DNA of 63,822 bases, the filler included, from Perkinsus olseni (lineage: Eukaryota), in NCBI GenBank assembly GCA_013115125.1. It is 6 parts of 6 records of this genome, joined end to end, with 100 filler letters (N's around TTAATTAATTAA, not from the genome) between each part and the next. Parts side by side here need not be neighbours in the genome. Positions count along the whole stretch, not along the records: positions 53,328 to 63,822 come from JABANN010000871.1; 5 more parts are not named here. One strand, given 5' to 3'. Under the pieces are notes generated by a model, which worked only from the letters and a program-made list of their open reading frames with translations, had not been told where the DNA came from and made no database searches. A program made the translations under genes and the position numbers. Position 1 is the stretch's first letter; each line of letters starts with the position of its first letter. Below are positions 61,841 through 63,822 of this stretch, one piece after another.

Positions 61841-63730
61841 TTGATCATGAAGTTCCGAGGCAAATTGACAGCAGCCGGCCAATCAGCTTTGTCACAGGTC
61901 ATTGGCCACCTCGCCAAGACCCGCGGCGGTAGTAGCAATGATAGAAGATTCACCGTAGTTAACCTTAAGATATCGCCCATTGAGTGAGCTCATTTACTCC
62001 CCCATTCCCAAGGACTCTGGCCAGGTTCACTCTGGGCTGCTCGGCAATGGACGATGGATCGCCCGAGACGTGGGCGCACTTGGCCGTTGAGTGTATCTTT
62101 GATACTGTAGAGTGTCAGAGCCTGCGAGAAGGCAACTACATCGATCTGGTCATGTTGTTCATCCATGTATTGCTTTGCTGTGTACGATGCACTTGGTAGG
62201 TTGCAAGCTTGGAGAATCTGTTAGCTGCCTCGAAGGGACTCAGTTCGAGCACTTCCACTGAGATTCGCCTTCGGAACAAGTCAGGGTGAGACGTGGTTGT
62301 GGAAGTCTCACATGCACAGCTATTCTGTAGGCTGGCCGTCCTAGCTTTTACATACACCATCCCGCAGGCCTATGACCCGAGCGTTGGTGGCCAGGCATTC
62401 GTGAAGGCTTTCTACGATGTTCCTGTTACTTTGGTAAGAGAGAATGGTCCGGGTCAGCTCGTCCCATCACGCGCTGCCTTGTCGTCTCTGGAGGGCGAGG
62501 TGAGTTGCACTGTCTGACAGGCAGTGGAGGCTAGAGCATGATGCGAGGCGGAGTTGTACCGCGATCCTCGAACACGCCGAATTGAAGCGCTCATGGAGTT
62601 GGAGGGCATCGACTTTTCAGCCCGACAAATTAATGGCTGAGAAAACTTTGCCTTGCAGTGGAGAAATAACGTCCCCGCGATTCTCTCGTGGGCGATCACA
62701 GACCTTCTGGGTTGTTCCAGTCAAGACCTGCCATAGTGTGATGTCGCCTCTCTTGAAGCGAGTGGGGTTGATCTCATTTTGTCACAGTAACTGATGCCGC
62801 GGTGATGCTGATGCTCGAGGGTTGTGAAACCTTGATGATCCCTTGTGAAGGCCGCATGGGGGGGGGGGCTTAGTCGAGCACTTTGGAGGCACTGATGAGT
62901 CTGAGTTGATGTATTTTCTTTAGAGTCAGCGGAACCCCATTGCAGTGCCTCAGCTACAGGAAGCTGATCTGCAGGTAACAGGCGATCATCGGCAGTGATG
63001 CTTGTCAAGTCTCCTTTGCAGTTCAACTTTGAGGACCTGGAGGGGTGCAGGCGGGGCATAGACACGTTGAAGCGGGCGATGGGCAATAAACTTGACAAGT
63101 GCCTCCCGTCAGTGTGATGCTGGTGCCAGCCCCCTTGGCAGGTGTAAGTTGAAGGTCAGCCCATCGGCGGTCGTTGAGGGCGGAGAGACGGTGAAAGTGT
63201 CGGTATCAGCTTCAGTGAGCATCACAGCATCACTACCCTCACCAGGCACAGGCTGTTCTTTCAGTCGCCGATGACCACCATGTCCATCACATACTCCGGT
63301 CTGGCAGTCCTTTCCCGGTAAGAAGAGGCTCTCAGCGGATGAATCCACGGACACTGTCTGGTCATCGACCAGACGTGTTCATACCAAATCTTTGCGAACG
63401 GGCATAAGTATAAGTGAGAAGGCAGTGTCCTAGAGACCCATCATCAATTGAGTGAAATCAACCCGCACGCCAATAGGTCGGCTGCTGTCGAAATTTCCTT
63501 CACCTTATCGGCATCGACGATCCAAGACCATCACTTGTCTGCTTACCTCTTTCAGAGAGCAAGAGTCCCAGGATGGCCAAGGCGGCGCTCCGGCGATACG
63601 ATCACTGTAGGATGCCGAGCAGCTGTCGCATCTAGGCCTCCTGTAGGTCGGTGACGGTGCATACCAGAAGACTGCTGAACATGATCAACGTGTCCGGAGT
63701 GAAGTTGGACACCCCGCCCGTCGTCATGGT

Positions 63731-63822
63731 GGGGGGGGGGGGGGGGGGGGGGGGTGTTACCTCGTTTTGCGCAGGCGATACGCAAAGCAGGCGATTTCTA
63801 CGGTTTCGTCTTTCCCCCTGAA
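63731..63822 (+). mobile_element. Possible polypurine tract plus start of a 3' LTR
   Basis: A G24 run is immediately followed by TGTTAC at the contig end. Confidence 0.35.

Noticed and set aside
61984-62800. Short + strand ORFs that may be exons of a gene
   Set aside because: I could not build a consistent model or recognise a family.

Overview
This window is eukaryotic genomic DNA with many short GT-AG introns. The gene style suggests an alveolate protist such as Perkinsus, which is an inference only. It is not contiguous: six contigs (1-10615, 10716-21304, 21405-31991, 32092-42632, 42733-53227, 53328-63822; lengths 10615/10589/10587/10541/10495/10495, i.e. size-sorted) are joined by artificial N44-TTAATTAATTAA-N44 linkers, so adjacency across linkers is meaningless. 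Recognisable host genes are SLX1, ASNSD1, cofilin/ADF, ER glucosidase I (GH63), a NiCoT/UreH-like transporter, two EamA/DMT transporter copies, two UPRT copies, peroxisomal ECH1 (ending SKL), tRNA-Arg(CCT), two tRNA-His(GTG) and lineage-specific paralog pairs. The main finding is contig 4, an AT-richer Helitron-like rolling-circle element. Its four apparent 'broken' ORFs plus a short 5' exon splice through four canonical introns into one intact 2346-aa protein: Cys-rich N-terminus, HUH-Y2 Rep, PIF1-like SF1 helicase and a C-terminal SLX1/YhbQ-type GIY-YIG nuclease. A second spliced gene of unknown function lies upstream. Also notable are recurrent perfect palindromes with a single-base centre, a zinc finger inserted in ASNSD1, a chitin-binding module inserted in glucosidase I, and tRNA-His genes with U73.
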